From the human T2T-CHM13v2.0 reference genome, Homo sapiens, in assembly GCF_009914755.1 (NCBI RefSeq), contig NC_060925.1: DNA of 64,000 nucleotides; one strand, 5' to 3'. The notes beneath the pieces were generated by a model. That model made no database searches. It was not told the DNA's origin and saw only the letters and a program-made list of their open reading frames with translations. Below, piece by piece: positions 15,151 through 28,739 of the stretch; within the stretch, counting starts at the first letter, position 1, and the number at the start of each line of letters is the position of its first letter. A program made the translations under genes and the position numbers.

Positions 15151-15308
15151 CAGTTGTTCCAAACTTTGGTGCTCATGAGTTATCTACAGAGCTTATCAAT
15201 GTGGATCTGGATTGATTCCAAAATTCTAATCAGCAGGCCTAGGGTGGGGCTCCAGAATCTACCAAAGGATGAAGACAAGGCAAGAGCACACTTTTAGAGA
15301 CACTACTG
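15151..15308. mobile_element. MER5A-like hAT-Charlie MITE
   Basis: cagttgttccaaactttgg...agcaggcctagggtggggctccagaatct...cacacttttagagacactactg. Confidence 0.65.
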
Positions 15309-15309
15309 A

Positions 15310-15522
<213 letters not shown>

Positions 15523-16027
15523 TGAGGACTTATAATATATTAATATTAGTACTATGGGGACAGGTTATTTGAACTAATCCTCTTGCTAAACACAACAAAA
15601 AAATGCTGGACAAAAATATATTTAAAATATCGTCTTAAAAGCATCTTACATTTAGGTAATAAATTATCAGGCCAAAATCTAAGTGAAGGCAGAAATCCTG
15701 AGGGTAGCTGAGAACCAAAGCTACTTTTGCCCTGATGTTGTTTGCTGAAAGGGGGAAAATTGTGGCACAGTTTTCATAGTTTTGGCTTATGGGACACCTG
15801 TTAATAGGAAACCCTCTCTGAAGAAAACTGAGACTCTATAAAGGCCTAGAACCCAGGGTAGAATAATTCAGAACCAAGTCCCCTCCCCAACCAACCCTCA
15901 TCCCCAAAGTAAATAAGGAAAACTGCCTTGGTTCTGGCGCTAAGGAGGAAAAGAGGACCATTCTATGAGAAGCTGCAACCACAACTGGTATTTGTGCTGT
16001 TTTTCAGGCCAAATCTATCTTACCTGG

Positions 16028-16383
16028 TGATATGGTTTGGCTGTGTCCCCACCCAAATCTCAACTTGAATTGTATCTCCCAGAATTCCCATGTGTTGTGG
16101 GAGGGACCCAGGGGGAGGTTAATTGAATCATAGGGGCTGGTTTCTCCCATGCCATTCTTGTGATAGTGAATAAGTCTCACGAGATCTGATGGGTTTATCA
16201 GGGATTTCCCCTTTTGCTTCTTCCTCATTTCTCTCTTTCCACCACCGTGTAAGAAGGGCCTTTCACTTCCCGCCGTGATTCTGAGGCCTCCCTAGCCATG
16301 TGGAACTGTAAGTCCAATTAAACCTCTTTTTGTTTCCAGTTTCAGGTATGTCTTTGTCAGCAGCATGAAAATGAACTAATACA
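16028..16383 (+). mobile_element. THE1A solo LTR
   Basis: tgatatggtttggctgtgtccccacccaaatctcaacttgaattgtatctcccagaattccc...cagcagcatgaaaatgaactaataca. Confidence 0.93.
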
Positions 16384-16546
16384 TCTGAGTAGTACCAGAA
16401 ATCTCAAGGCATGAATTTAGTTTGGAATAGTCCCGGACTAGCACATCTTTAGTTACCTGGCAAAGACACTAAGTCCTTTCTGGTGGACTATCACTTCATC
16501 CTAGGCCTCAAAGATGTCCTATAAATAATTTTCCAAGGGAAATGAG

Positions 16547-18375
16547 TGTGATAGATTGCAACAATGGCCCCAAGTCTTTTCTCCTCTTCAGAGCCATGCC
16601 TTTCACCATATAACTTTGCAGTGCACTCCTACTCCTCCCCTTGACATTGGCCTTAATCATGTGATTTGCCTTTGCGAAGGGAGTTTTTTAGATAAGACAC
16701 AAGCAGAGGCTTGAAATGGGCTCCTTAGAATTTGCTTTTTGCACCTTTGCCAAAGCCATGAGAATACGCCCGGGCGATCTTGCCACCAGGTCTGAAAAAA
16801 ATTAAGGTAGACCTAAATGAATCTTTGTAACTGGACAAAAAAGACTTCCAAGAGTCTTAAGGGACATTTGTCCCACAGTTAACTTGACATGCTCAAAGTA
16901 ATAATGATTAAGTCTAAAGACAGAGGCTTGTCTCAAGAAAACACTAGAGGTGTGTTTTTTGGTAAGTGGAGGGATTTGGAATTGAAAACACAAAAATCCC
17001 ACAGAGTTTTTGAGAGACTTGTATTGACAAAAGCACTGTTGGCCTGGACTGAAACTGTACAAAATGATGAGGGCAGGGAAAGGCTTACGGGCCCTCAACT
17101 TTCTTTGGGAAAGAAGTAGGGTGAGAAAGTTGCCAAAAGCTATTTTCCAAAGTTCTCCATAGAAATGGCCAAGGAGAATGAAGGAAAAGGAGAGACATCT
17201 CAGAGCGAGAGCCAAGAAGCATGGAGACTCAAGGGCCTCAGGAAGCCAAACCAGAGCCTAATCAAGGAGCATTCTCCACCGCAGAGTAGGGAACATTTGC
17301 CAAGCAGGGTTTCAGAATTATTACGGACCAGGGACTGTTGTATACCTCCTGTTCTTTCCCATTTTTTGAATGGGAGTCTTTGTTGTAATTACCCTGTACC
17401 TGTTCAACAATTGTTGGGTGGGTAGGGGACAGATAACGTTGTTAGCTCATGGGACTCCAGATTCAGAGGAGCTGCATCTGATCTGGATCTGATGTAGATC
17501 ATAAGATCTTGGACTTTGAGCCTGTGGCTGTGACTGGATAAGACTTTTTTTTTTGTTTTTTTGAGACAGAGTCTCACTGTCACCCAGGCTGGAGTGCGGT
17601 GGTGCAGTCTCGGCTCACTGAAACATCCACCTCCCAGGTTCAAGCGATTTTCCTGCCTCAGCCTCCTGAGTAGCTGGGATTACAGGCATGGACCACCACG
17701 CCTGGCTAATTTTTGTATTTTTAGTAGAGACAGGGTTTCACCATGTTGGCCAGGCTTGTCTCGAACTCCTGACCTTAGGTGATCCACCCGCCTCGGCCTC
17801 CCAAAGTGCTGGGACTACAGGCATGAGCCACCAGCCCTGGATAAGACTTTAAGGGGTCTGGAATGGGTATGAGCATATTTTTCACTGAAAGGAACATGAA
17901 TAATTTTGATTATGAGGGCAGCCTCTGGCAGATTGAAGAAATAGTCCTAATTTTTTTACTTCTCTCTGTATCTATACTTTTTGCCAAGTAATTTTATGAT
18001 GCCTTCCCACCATAAGAAGAGAGAACTGCCTCATTCGTCAAAAGAAGTCTGACCATGAGATGTACTTTGGCCAACATCCTGGCGAGATGTACTTTGGCCA
18101 GCATGTTGACAGGCATGAAAAAAGCAGAGGCTTAAAATTGACTTGCTTTCTTGTGCCTCAGCCATTATTGTGAGAAAATGCCCAGACTCACCTGATAGTC
18201 CCAGGAATGAGATTATGAGAAACAAATGGAGCAGAGTCCCACGCAGCCAAGGTGAGCCTATTTCAGCCCACAGCCTGCTGACTCCCAAACGTGTGAATGA
18301 GCCTTGCTGCATTCAGTGGAGCCACCTAGCTGATCTGCAGTTGACCCCAGATGTGTGAACAACTAATGCTTATTC
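16547..18375 (+). mobile_element. Degraded MLT1H-like MaLR: LTR (~16547-16800), internal, LTR (~17925-18375)
   Basis: Two related LTR segments (tgtgatagattgcaacaatggcccc...aagcagaggcttgaa; tctggcagattgaagaaatagtcc...aagcagaggcttaaa) around MaLR-internal-like sequence. Confidence 0.65.
17545..17840 (-). mobile_element. AluS inside the MLT1 internal region
   Basis: Alu dimer; ataagacttt repeated on both sides. Confidence 0.95.
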
Positions 18376-18756
18376 TAATTTTGATTCTCCTCTGTAGAAA
18401 CCACCCCCTTTTTGTTAACACAGATGTTTTTTCAAGTTGTTAAATGTGAAGTAAGTTCTTTAAAAAGACTACTCTCCAAACATGAGAAACGGAGGCCTCC
18501 TAAGTACCTAAAGCTCTGTGTCTCACCCAGGAAGAGAAAACCTCCTCCCATGTTGGGCAATACCCAAAGTGGTAGAAGATATTTGACATCAAGAGACTAT
18601 GATATGGTATTAAAGACATTAAAATCTGCAAAGGAACCCACACTGTAAAGAAGTGGTTTTTAATATCAAAGACAACAAGGTTCAGTGTCTTGACTGAAAC
18701 CTTTGAGACATAAGTCAAATATTTAATTGTTCCCTGACTCCCAAAATAGCACTGAC

Positions 18757-19048
18757 TTTTTTTTTTTTAGTTAGAGTCTCTCTCTATTGCCCGTGCTGGC
18801 ATGCAGTGGCATGATCTCAGCTCACTGGACCTCCACCTCCTGGGTTCAAGAAATTCTTCTGCCTCAGCCTCCCAAGTAGCTGGGATTACAGGCGCCTGCC
18901 ACCACGCCCGGCTAATTTTTGTATTTTTAGTAGAGATGGGGTTTCACCATCTTGGCCAGGCTGGTCTCGAACTCCTGACCTCAAGTGATCTATCTGCCTT
19001 GGCCTCCCAAAGTGCTGGGATTACAGACATGAGCCACTGCACCCGGCC
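18757..19048 (-). mobile_element. AluS
   Basis: Alu dimer; tgacttttt / tgacctttt flanks. Confidence 0.95.
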
Positions 19049-19099
19049 TGACCTTTTTTTTTATGTGTTGAAGAAAAACGTATATAACAGAGATTATTA

Positions 19100-19726
19100 C
19101 TGTCTCTGGGATGCATTTCCTCTGCTTTCCTTTTGGTAATAGAATCCCTGTGAGTTTTAGCAAACACAGACACCCAGCTAGGAGCTACATGTCTCAGCCT
19201 CTTTTGCAGCTAAGTATGTGGCCTTATGATTAATCTCTCACCAATGGAATCTGAATGGCAATGATTTGTGTGACTCCTATGTCACCATCTTGAAAAAAAA
19301 TAGGTTTCCCTCTACTTCCTTTCTTCTCCTTTCTCATACACTGGATGCAAATGTGGTGTTAAACCAGTTTGAACCATGCTGTCAAGAGCAACGCCCCAGG
19401 GCAGTGCTTCTCAAACTTTAGTGCACAAGAACCACCTGGGGATCTGCTAAAATGCAGATTCTGATTCAGTAGGTCTGGAGCTGATTGAGATTCTGCAATT
19501 CTAACAAGCTCCCAGGTATTGCTCATGTTGCTGTTCTGAACACTGCACTTTGCAGTCCTAGGGGACAGTTGATCAGCAAGATTGAAGAAATCTGAGTTCC
19601 TGGAGGACTTTGAGGTGCAGAGCTCCCCATTCACTTCAGTCTGCCCCTCCACCCCCATTATATTTGAATCACAGTATTTTATGCTGTCTTTGTTATAGCA
19701 GCTTGGCATGTGCCCCAACTAACACA
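19100..19726 (+). mobile_element. MLT1J-like MaLR LTR interrupted by MER5A
   Basis: cagcctcttttgcagctaag...ccaatggaat...tgttatagcagcttggcatgtgccccaactaacaca. Confidence 0.7.
19402..19555. mobile_element. MER5A-family hAT MITE
   Basis: cagtgcttctcaaacttt...aaatgcagattctgattcagtaggtctgg; 8-bp TSD-like ccccaggg (19394-19401) / tcctaggg (19556-19563). Confidence 0.85.
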
Positions 19727-20349
19727 TCATATAAGCAGAATGGGGGCGCATGGCCAACCTGGAGGCTCATAGAGTAGGAACTTGCCAGGGGGAACTCTCC
19801 AGCCTAATCCAGAGTTAAGGGTACATGACATTTTGCTCCCCACTCCTCTTTTTGTTAGCAAAGATGATAGTTTAATTGCTCCAGCAAGGAACACCACCAG
19901 TGTAACGCTCTGGTTTTTATTTCCTTGTTTAATGTATTGCCTAGTTGCCTGCTGATTAAAAAATATCTCACAGAGATATTTCCATAGGCTCAGAATATAT
20001 CAGTGAGTGAATACTAGAATTTTGACAGTTGTATAAATTGGCATTCTGCTTTATATACCAGTCTTTTGAATTCAGATGTGTCTGTCCCCTAGACACTGTT
20101 TGCTTCTGGGTGTTCTGGCAAGAATGAAGTTTCTCAGTCTGCAGAGCTAAAAACCACCCCTGGTCTGTAACGTCTTCCATAACATATTGCTGTGCTTGGA
20201 AGTCTTGTCTGGAGCCCGCCAGCCAGGCCAACAACCCATTACTTCTGCACGAGTATAAGACATTTCTCTCCCAACTCAGCACACTCAACAGAAGCATTTA
20301 ATGTTTTCCAGAAAACCCTTATAAACCAGAAGCAGATCAGGTATGCTAT

Positions 20350-20555
20350 CACTGAAAAGAGCATTACCCTAGGAGTCCGAGGAGTAGGTTTAAATTCCAC
20401 CTCTGCTACTTGATAGCTTGATGGTTGTGTGTTGTTTAGACAATTTCATCATCTGTAAAACAGGGTTGATAATATTTAACTCATGATATAATCATGAAGA
20501 TTAAATGGAATAACATATATGAATATGTCTGACATTTAATAATAAATGTTAGTTT
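20350..20555 (+). mobile_element. MIR
   Basis: aaaagagcatt...ctctgctact...catctgtaaaacaggg...gaagattaaatg. Confidence 0.7.
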
Positions 20556-20576
20556 TCTTCCTTGCTTCCACTACCT

Positions 20577-20887
20577 TATTTTATTTCATTTATATATATA
20601 TTTTTGAGACCGAGTTTTGCTCTTCTTACCCAGGCTGGAGTGCAATGGTGCGATCTCAGCTCACTGCAACCTCCACTTTCGGATTCAAGTGATTCTCCAA
20701 CCTCAGCCTCCCAAGTAGCTGAAACTACAGGCACCTGCCACCACGCCTGGCTAATTTTTGTATTTTTAGTAGAGACGGGGTTTCCCCATGTTGGCCAGGC
20801 TGGTCTTGAACTCCTGACCTCAGGTGATCTGCCCAACTCAGCCTCCCAAAGTGCTGGGATTACAGGCGTGAGCCACTACACCCGGCC
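20577..20887 (-). mobile_element. AluSq-like
   Basis: Reverse-complement Alu dimer. Confidence 0.95.
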
Positions 20888-21099
20888 TCTACTTTATAAT
20901 AATGCAGACACATTTTAGAATTTTCCCCCCTCATCCTATCAGGTTTGTGTCTGAGGGGCTTGTGGTCAGAATGTTGCTGATGATAACCGCAGTAATGATA
21001 GCAGTAGTACAGAAAAATCAGTGCCAGCTTTTGTCAAGAACATTTGGTTTTCTACATTCCTCCCATACTCCTAAGGAAAGAGAAAAGGAAACTGCATAG

Positions 21100-21935
21100 A
21101 TTAAGAAGCAGAGGTCACAAAAGTATGAGGAAAAGCAGCCGAGAGCAATATCCCAGAGGCCAAAGAAGAAAGAATTTCAGAGAGAGAGTGATGGAAATCT
21201 TGTAGAAGTTCAAATCAGCTCAAATATTGGAGAGAAATCAACTAAAATAAAGATTGAGAACTGTCCATTGGAGTTAGTAACATGGAGGCCACTGATGGCA
21301 TTAGCAAGAGTGTTTTGGTGGAATTGGGCGAGAAATCAGTGTGAAGAGAGAGTGGGAGAAAAGAAAGTAGACCTGAAGAGTTTGGACAAGTGTTCTCAAG
21401 TGTGGCTATGAAGAGAAGGGAAGAGGTAGGTCAGTAGCTATAGGAGGACACTGAATTGAGAAAGCTCATTTATTTAAATACGAGGGCACAATACAAGTTA
21501 AAATACTGGATAAGGAGGTGACAACAGAGAAGACAGAGGATAACGGAGAAAGGGAAGTTCTTGAAGAGGCAGAAGAGGCTAGGACCAGGGCTGAGGCGGA
21601 AAGACAAGCCTTAGAAGCAGGGACAACTCCTTCACTGCAGCAGGAAAAGGCAGGATGTACACACATGTCCATTGATAGATTTGGAGCCAGAAAGTTAAGG
21701 GAGCACTTCTTGAATGGCGTCTGTTTTCTCTGTGAAATAGAAATTTAGTTTGTTTTCTGAGAGTAAGGAGGAAAGAGAAAGATGGCTAGATGGTGGAGGG
21801 AAGTGAAGAAAATCAGAAAAAAAATAGCATCTGGAGCAGGAAGAGAAAACTGACCAGAGCAGCATAAAAGACTGCAGAGCAGTGCTGAGGGCCCAGCTGA
21901 AGCTGATGGGTTTCCTATTGGTGTTGATATGTCAG
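21100..21935 (-). mobile_element. L2 fragment
   Basis: Purine-rich antisense L2 (gtccattggagttagtaacatggaggccactgatg; tgtggctatgaagagaaggg). Confidence 0.65.
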
Positions 21936-22294
21936 TGTATTAGGCCATTCTCATCCTGCTATAAAGACAGACCCGAGACTGGGTTATTTATAAAGGAAAG
22001 AGGTTTAATTGACTCACAGTTCCACAAGGCTGGGGAGGCCTCAGGAAACTTACAATCATGGTGGAAGGGGAAGAGACACGTCTTACATGGTGGCAGGCAA
22101 GAGTGTGTGAGAGCACAGGAAAAACTACCATTTATAAACCACCAGATCTCACGAGAATTCACTTGCTATTATGATAACAGAATGGGGGAACTGCCCCCAT
22201 AATCCCATTATTTCCCACCAGTTCTCTCCCTAAACACCTGAGGATTACAACTCAGGATGAGATTTGGGTGCGGACGCAAAGCCTAACCACATCA
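21936..22294 (-). mobile_element. THE1C/D solo LTR
   Basis: tgtattaggccattctca...gactcacagttccacaaggctggggaggcctcaggaaacttacaatcatgg...gagatttgggtg...aaccacatca. Confidence 0.9.
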
Positions 22295-22357
22295 TTAGAG
22301 CTCTGCTTTCCTTGGCTCTGTAGACTAAATAGCTGGGCCTTCCCATTGTGTTGCATG

Positions 22358-23078
22358 AAGATGTGCTGGTAAATACTTCACAACTGGCTTTAGGCAGTGT
22401 GATGGCAGGAAGCCTGATTTGTTTGTTTTGAGACAGGGTCTCATTCTGTCACCTACACTGGAGTGCAGTGACAAGATCACAGCTCACTGCAGCCTCGACA
22501 TCCCTAGGCTCAGATGATCCTCCCACCTTCAGCCTTTCAAGTAGCTGGGACTACAGGCATGCGCCACTATACCCAGCTAATTTTTTGTATTTTTTTTTTT
22601 TTTTTGTAGAGATGGTTTTGCCATGTTGCCTAGGCTAGTCTCGAAATCCTGGGCCCAAGCCATCTGCCCACCTCGGCCTCTCAAAGTGCCGGGATTACAG
22701 GCATGAGCCACTGTACCCGGCCAGAACCCTGATTTGCATCAGTGGTGTAAACCATGACAGATTTCAAGCTACCGATATGATGCCACTGAACTCAGGCTGG
22801 GAAAGAGATGCCCACACTATTATATACCATTTCCATGACACAGATATAATGGACATAAATAACTTTCAATGCATAAAAAATAATAACATGTAGTAAAATA
22901 ATTAGGCAGTGGTGAGTCCGGACTATTTATAATCTTTGTTTTTATATAGCTTTCTTGATTTCAAGTTTATATTATTTAATTTTTAATGATAACTGTTTTA
23001 ACATCCAGCTTGCAAAATTCCTAAAAATTTTATAATCAGCTCTCTTGAGACAGCATGAGCTGGCTCCAGCATTCCACC
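22358..23078 (-). mobile_element. MER63(B) hAT-Blackjack DNA transposon, interrupted by an AluJ
   Basis: gtgctggtaaat...caactggct at the left, gatttcaagctacc inside, gagctggctccagcattccac at the right. Confidence 0.8.
22418..22722 (-). mobile_element. AluJ
   Basis: gatcacagctcactgcagcctcga; TSD gaagcctgatttg / gaaccctgatttg. Confidence 0.93.
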
Positions 23079-24062
23079 CATCGTATAAAGCCAGGTTGAA
23101 GTGGCCTGCACTAAAGGATAGAGGGTGTGGGAGGGAGCTGAAACATAAATGGCAAGATTGCTTTCCAGTGGAGGAAGCTTGAGTTCACTATGAAAGAGAG
23201 TGGCAAAGGATTGAAAAAAAGCCTGAGTTTGTAGCAGGAAGAGGGGTGTAAGGTGGGATGTGGATCGAGTGTCAAACAATTCAGTACTGGGATAGTTTCC
23301 AAGTTTGTATTTATTGTGTGATCCTGAGTTTCGCTCAGTGTATTAAAAACAGTTTATAAAAGTCTTATGAAGCGGAGCAGGAGGCACGATGGAGAGAGGG
23401 AGGGGTACTTAAAGGAGAAAGGCAGGGAACAGGATTATGAGCCCAGGGGCAGAGAACCTGGGCCCCAGATAATGTCAGAGGAAAGTCACCCCTGAAAAGG
23501 CAAAACAACCGGGGAATCCTGCTGTTGGCAGATCCCTGCACTGTGTTTTGTTATAGGTTGGCAGAGAGATATTTGGAGAATAGAAGCTCTTTTTGGTTTT
23601 AAAATTACACTATAGGAATTAATGACTATACCTGAGGATCTCATTTTAAGAAGCTTACTAAATAAACTTAGAAAAAAATTATTTTTGCTTAAAGTTCTCT
23701 ATATATGGCACAAGAATAATTTTGCCTCAATTCTATTCAATACGCTCTTCTGATATTAGAAAGTCACTTTCCACAAAAGAGCTAATATGTTATGGAGTCA
23801 GTTTCACTTTTATAATCATGACTGTGTGTAATTCAGAAGCATGTTTGGTGTAAGAGACCTCAGCAGGCAGCATTGTCACTCTTTTCAGGGAAAATATTTC
23901 AGAGAGTAACTGTGTTGTCAATATCTCTGTTTGCAAAAATCCTGCCTGTTCAGGATACAGTTGCAATCACAAAGACATTGACAAATTTCATTATATTTCA
24001 TCAGATATTAGAAGCAATAACAAAAAGAGGAGGAGAATCTAGGGCAAAAATAGACAAACTTT

Positions 24063-24065
<3 letters not shown>

Positions 24066-24107
<42 letters not shown>
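24066..24107. repeat. (CA)n microsatellite
   Basis: About 21 perfect units. Confidence 0.97.
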
Positions 24108-24111
<4 letters not shown>

Positions 24112-24330
24112 TGCATTCATGCAGTACTTCCTAGAGAGATAACAATAACATTTTGCAGGAGGTAGGAAGGTTGACAGGGGGAGGCTTTGGAGGGGGCAGG
24201 GCAAACACATAATTGCCAGGTTAAGACATTAAAAAGAAATTACTGGTTGCCGTCACCTTTTCATAAAATAAAGGTATTTTAACACCAGGTAGGTAGGAGA
24301 AAAAAAATCTTAGAATAAAATTCCTTTTAT

Positions 24331-25020
24331 TATTATTAAAAAGTCAAAAAACAACAGACGCTGGTGAGGCTGGGGAGAAAAGGGAATGCTTATACACTGC
24401 TGGTGGGAATGTAAATTAGTTCAGTCACTGTGCAAACCAGATTGGAGATTTCTCAAAGAACTTAAAACAAAACTACCGTTCGACCCAATAATCCCATCGC
24501 TGGGTATATATCCAAAAGAAAATAATTCATTTTACCAAAAAGATACACGCACTTATATGTTGATTTCAGCACTATTCACAATAGCAAAGACATAGAATCA
24601 ACCTAGTGCCCATCAAAAGTAAATTGGCTAAAGAAAATTTGGTACATATGCACCATGGAATACTACACACCCATAAAAAAGAATGAAATCACGTTCTTTG
24701 CAGCAACATGGATGCAGCTGGAGGCCATTATCCTAAGTAAATTCACACAGGAACAGAAAACCAAATACCTCATGTTCTCACTTATAAGTGGGAGCTAAAC
24801 TTTAGGTACACATGGACATGAAGATGGTAACAATAGACACCGGGGATTACTAGACGGAGGTAGGAGGGAGGGGGCAAGGGCTGCAAAACTAACTATTGGA
24901 AACGATGTTCACTATCTGGTTGATGGGATCAATTGTACCCCAAACCTCAGCATCACATAGTATACCCAAGTAACAAACCTGCACATGTACCCCCAAATGT
25001 AAAATAAAAGTTGAAATTAT
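24331..25020 (+). mobile_element. L1PB/L1MA 3' end (ORF2 C-terminus plus 3'UTR)
   Basis: ORF 24386-24595 LIHCWWECKLVQ...LPFDPIIPSLGIYPKE; L1 3'UTR ending gtaaaataaaagttgaa. Confidence 0.92.
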
Positions 25021-25144
25021 TTTTTTAAAAAGTCATTTTTAAAGAATACATTTAGTTTATGGGGCAACAGAGGACATTGTTTTTATTTTTCTCATTTAAG
25101 GCTAAGTGGTGAAACTATCCTTATTAACCATTGCGGGACAATGA

Positions 25145-25502
<358 letters not shown>

Positions 25503-25699
25503 TAATTTAGTGATTTTGTTCTTTTACCCCTTTTATAAGTCCTTAATATTCTGCTACCAAAAAAAAAAAAAAAAGGGAAGAATAGGAGCAATGTAATATT
25601 CTTTTAAAAGTAAGAACTACAAGGGGGTTCCCATTGCTCTGATAAGAAGAAGAAGAATGTGACTGGGAGGAAAGTTTGGTTACCCGCAGTCTGGCATCA

Positions 25700-25905
25700 G
25701 GGAGAGAATGTAGTTCTCCGAACTGGGCTGGCCTAGTTTCAAATCTCAGTCCTGCCACTTACAAACTAGGAAACTATGGGCAAGTCATTGAACCTCAGTT
25801 TTCTTCTCTTCAAAAGTACGATAATGATAAGTACTTTCCAGGTGGCCACCATGATTTTATGAGCTAAAATTTGTTAAGAACCCAGTAAAGTGCCTAGCAT
25901 TCAGC
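25700..25905 (+). mobile_element. MIR
   Basis: tttcaaatctcagtcctgccacttac...gggcaagtcattgaacctcagtttt. Confidence 0.7.
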
Positions 25906-26314
25906 AATTTCTCTCACGTTTTCTCTTCTCCGTATCTTTCTTTTAAAAATGACAATGACAGAAACTGGCAATCATTTCTTTTTAATGTCCTGAACTTGAC
26001 TTTATGTTTGGTGACTCTGCTCCCTTTGGACACACACACACCCTTTACTACCCATGCCAATGTTTCTGGTTTGGAAACTGCTGCACTAGCACAGACTTCC
26101 CACAGGTGAATGTTTTAAACCACAGTTTGATTTCCTCTGTCCTACAACCCGCACTTTTTGCTTTGGTTAACAACATTACTTTCCTATGGCTGTGGATTTT
26201 ACAGGTACCAAATGGTCACAGGTTCTCTTGTGTAAACACTATTATCTTGTTTCAAATGAAATAGCTAAACTGACTTTACCTACAGTGGAATAGGGGATTT
26301 GGTCACCTTCTAAT

Positions 26315-26960
26315 GTAATGGTTAAGAGTCTGGACTCTAGAATTGGATGACTTGGCTTCACTTCTCAATTTTACCACCTACCAAATTACTAAGGCAATTT
26401 ATTTATATTCATCCCATTGCCACTTGGTTTCTCCTCCATAAAATGATCATAAGAATAGAAATAGCTAACGTGGACCAGGTGCGGTGGCTCACGCCCGTAA
26501 TCCCAGCACTTTGGGAGGCCAAGGCAGGCAGATGACCTGAGGTCAGGAGTTCGAGACCAGCCTGGCCAACATGGTGAAACCCCATCGCTACTAAAAATAC
26601 AAAAAGTTAGCTCAGCATGGTGGTGCACGCCTCTAGTCCCAACTACTCAGGAGGCTGAGGCAGGAAAATAGCTTGAACCTGGGAAGTGGAGATTGCAGTG
26701 AACTGAGATCGTGCCACTGTATTCCAGCCTGGGCAACAGAGCGAGTCTCTGTCTCAAAAAAAAAAAAAAAAAAGAAAAGAAATGACTAACATGTACATAG
26801 TGCTTACTATATGCTCATCTACTTTACTCCTTAAATGTTAACTCACTTAAGAATTATCTTATGGAGCTATTATGAAAATTAAACGTGTTAATATTTGTAA
26901 AGAGCATATAGTAGTAAGCCTCTAGCACATAGTAAGTCCCCACTAAAGGTTAGCTATTAT
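26315..26960 (+). mobile_element. MIR interrupted by an Alu
   Basis: atggttaagagtctggactctag...ggtttctcctccataaaatg; resumes ttatgaaaattaaac...tagcacatagtaagt. Confidence 0.7.
26472..26782 (+). mobile_element. AluS
   Basis: Full dimer with poly(A). Confidence 0.95.
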
Positions 26961-27378
26961 GGTTTTGCATAGTTTAGTATTTTCCTTATATGTTTCAAAA
27001 TAAATTTCTCATCTTATTAATTGGTTTTGCACTCTCATTAATCATGGCATTTTCCAAATTTGATCCACGTGAACCACTGAGTTACTGAGCGTGCTGCTCA
27101 TGGTGACAAAACAGGCAAGACCCCAGAGTGGTCCTGGCTGCTTAGCTAATGCTTTCTGTCACATGGTGTCCAAGTCTGCCCTGGCTGCTTTGCGTTTCCA
27201 TACCTCTAATGTTTTATTGTATTTTATTCTACTATGGAAGAAGTATAAGGTTGAATGTCAGTTAAGTCAAATTTAGCACAGTGGAGTGGAGAAGGTGCTT
27301 TATTTGTTGCATTAACATTGTCCACAGCGAAGTATTGTGTGGGTTAGATGCTGGGGTTGTGTTAAAAAAACAAAACAA

Positions 27379-27735
<357 letters not shown>

Positions 27736-27938
27736 TTAGACATTTAGCAAAGAGTGTCGGTAGGGGTCTTCATGGGGATGGGTGAGGGGGCGGTGATGGA
27801 ATGTGATGAGCTTCTCAGTGAGGACCCAGGCTTAGACTCAGCCCTAGGGGCCGAGTAAGGGTAAACCAGATGGAGGGGCAGGTGGCATTCAAAGCAGAAG
27901 AATGGTATGAATAAAGGCAGGGACGCTAGAAGCTTGGT

Positions 27939-27940
<2 letters not shown>

Positions 27941-27980
<40 letters not shown>
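27941..27980. repeat. (GT)n microsatellite
   Basis: About 20 units. Confidence 0.97.
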
Positions 27981-27981
<1 letters not shown>

Positions 27982-28053
27982 CATGTGTGAAAAGCTGCAA
28001 AGAGTTCTGATCTGCTGGAATACAAAACATCTTCTAGAAGGGGAGGGGTAGGA

Positions 28054-28191
28054 AGGTGAGTGTGGGCTGTAGGGTAGGAGCGGGAGGTGAGTGTGGGCTG
28101 TAGGGTAGGAGCGGGAGGTGAGTGTGGGCTGTAGGGTAGGAGTGGGAGGTGAGTGTGGGCTGTAGGGTAGGAGTGGGAGGTGAGTGTGGGC
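28054..28191. repeat. G-rich minisatellite, 31-bp unit x ~4.5
   Basis: aggtgagtgtgggctgtagggtaggagYggg starting at 28054, 28085, 28116 and 28147, partial copy at 28178. Confidence 0.97.
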
Positions 28192-28739
28192 GGCAGGCAG
28201 AGGCCAGAGCATTAAAGACTCCAGAATCCCTGTACCAGCAACCAGGAGCTCTTGGGGAACCAATGGCAAGGTCAGATTTGTCATCTCGGTGTCCTGCGCT
28301 CATGCAACGCCCTCTGCCTGAAATGCCTGCTCACTCACACCACAAGAACGCAGCCCTTGTCACTCAAATCCACTTTTCCTCTGACTCCCTCGGGCCAGAG
28401 CAGTCTCTGCCTCCTCTAAACTCTTACAATGGTCACTGTATACATGTTATGTCAGTTAATATTCATGGCCCTGCCCTGAGAGTTATTTCTCTTTCAAAAT
28501 ATTTCCTGGCTCTTCCATAAGTTCCTTAAATAGGACTTGCTTCTTCAGCTGCTTCCTGTCCTCCACGGAGGCCATACTAGAGCTGGGACACACTAACTGC
28601 TCAACCAACATCTGTTCAATAATCAGTTGTGGCTTTGGGGAGGGAAGGAACCAGGGCCAGATCCAGAAGTCTGACGTTCAGGGGAACTTCCTGCTTGCCA
28701 GGCCATGAGAAGGGAAATGGGATAACACTCATGGGATCT

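Noticed and set aside
18380-18720. Possible coding exon (ORF 18412-18648)
   Set aside because: No recognisable protein similarity and no convincing splice-site pair.
23700-24060. Possible conserved enhancer in repeat-free sequence
   Set aside because: No distinctive motif cluster; cannot be supported without conservation data.
27889-28520. Proline-rich repeat ORFs, or a CRISPR-like reading of the 31-bp array
   Set aside because: A spacer-less minisatellite; the ORFs come from G/C-skewed repeats.
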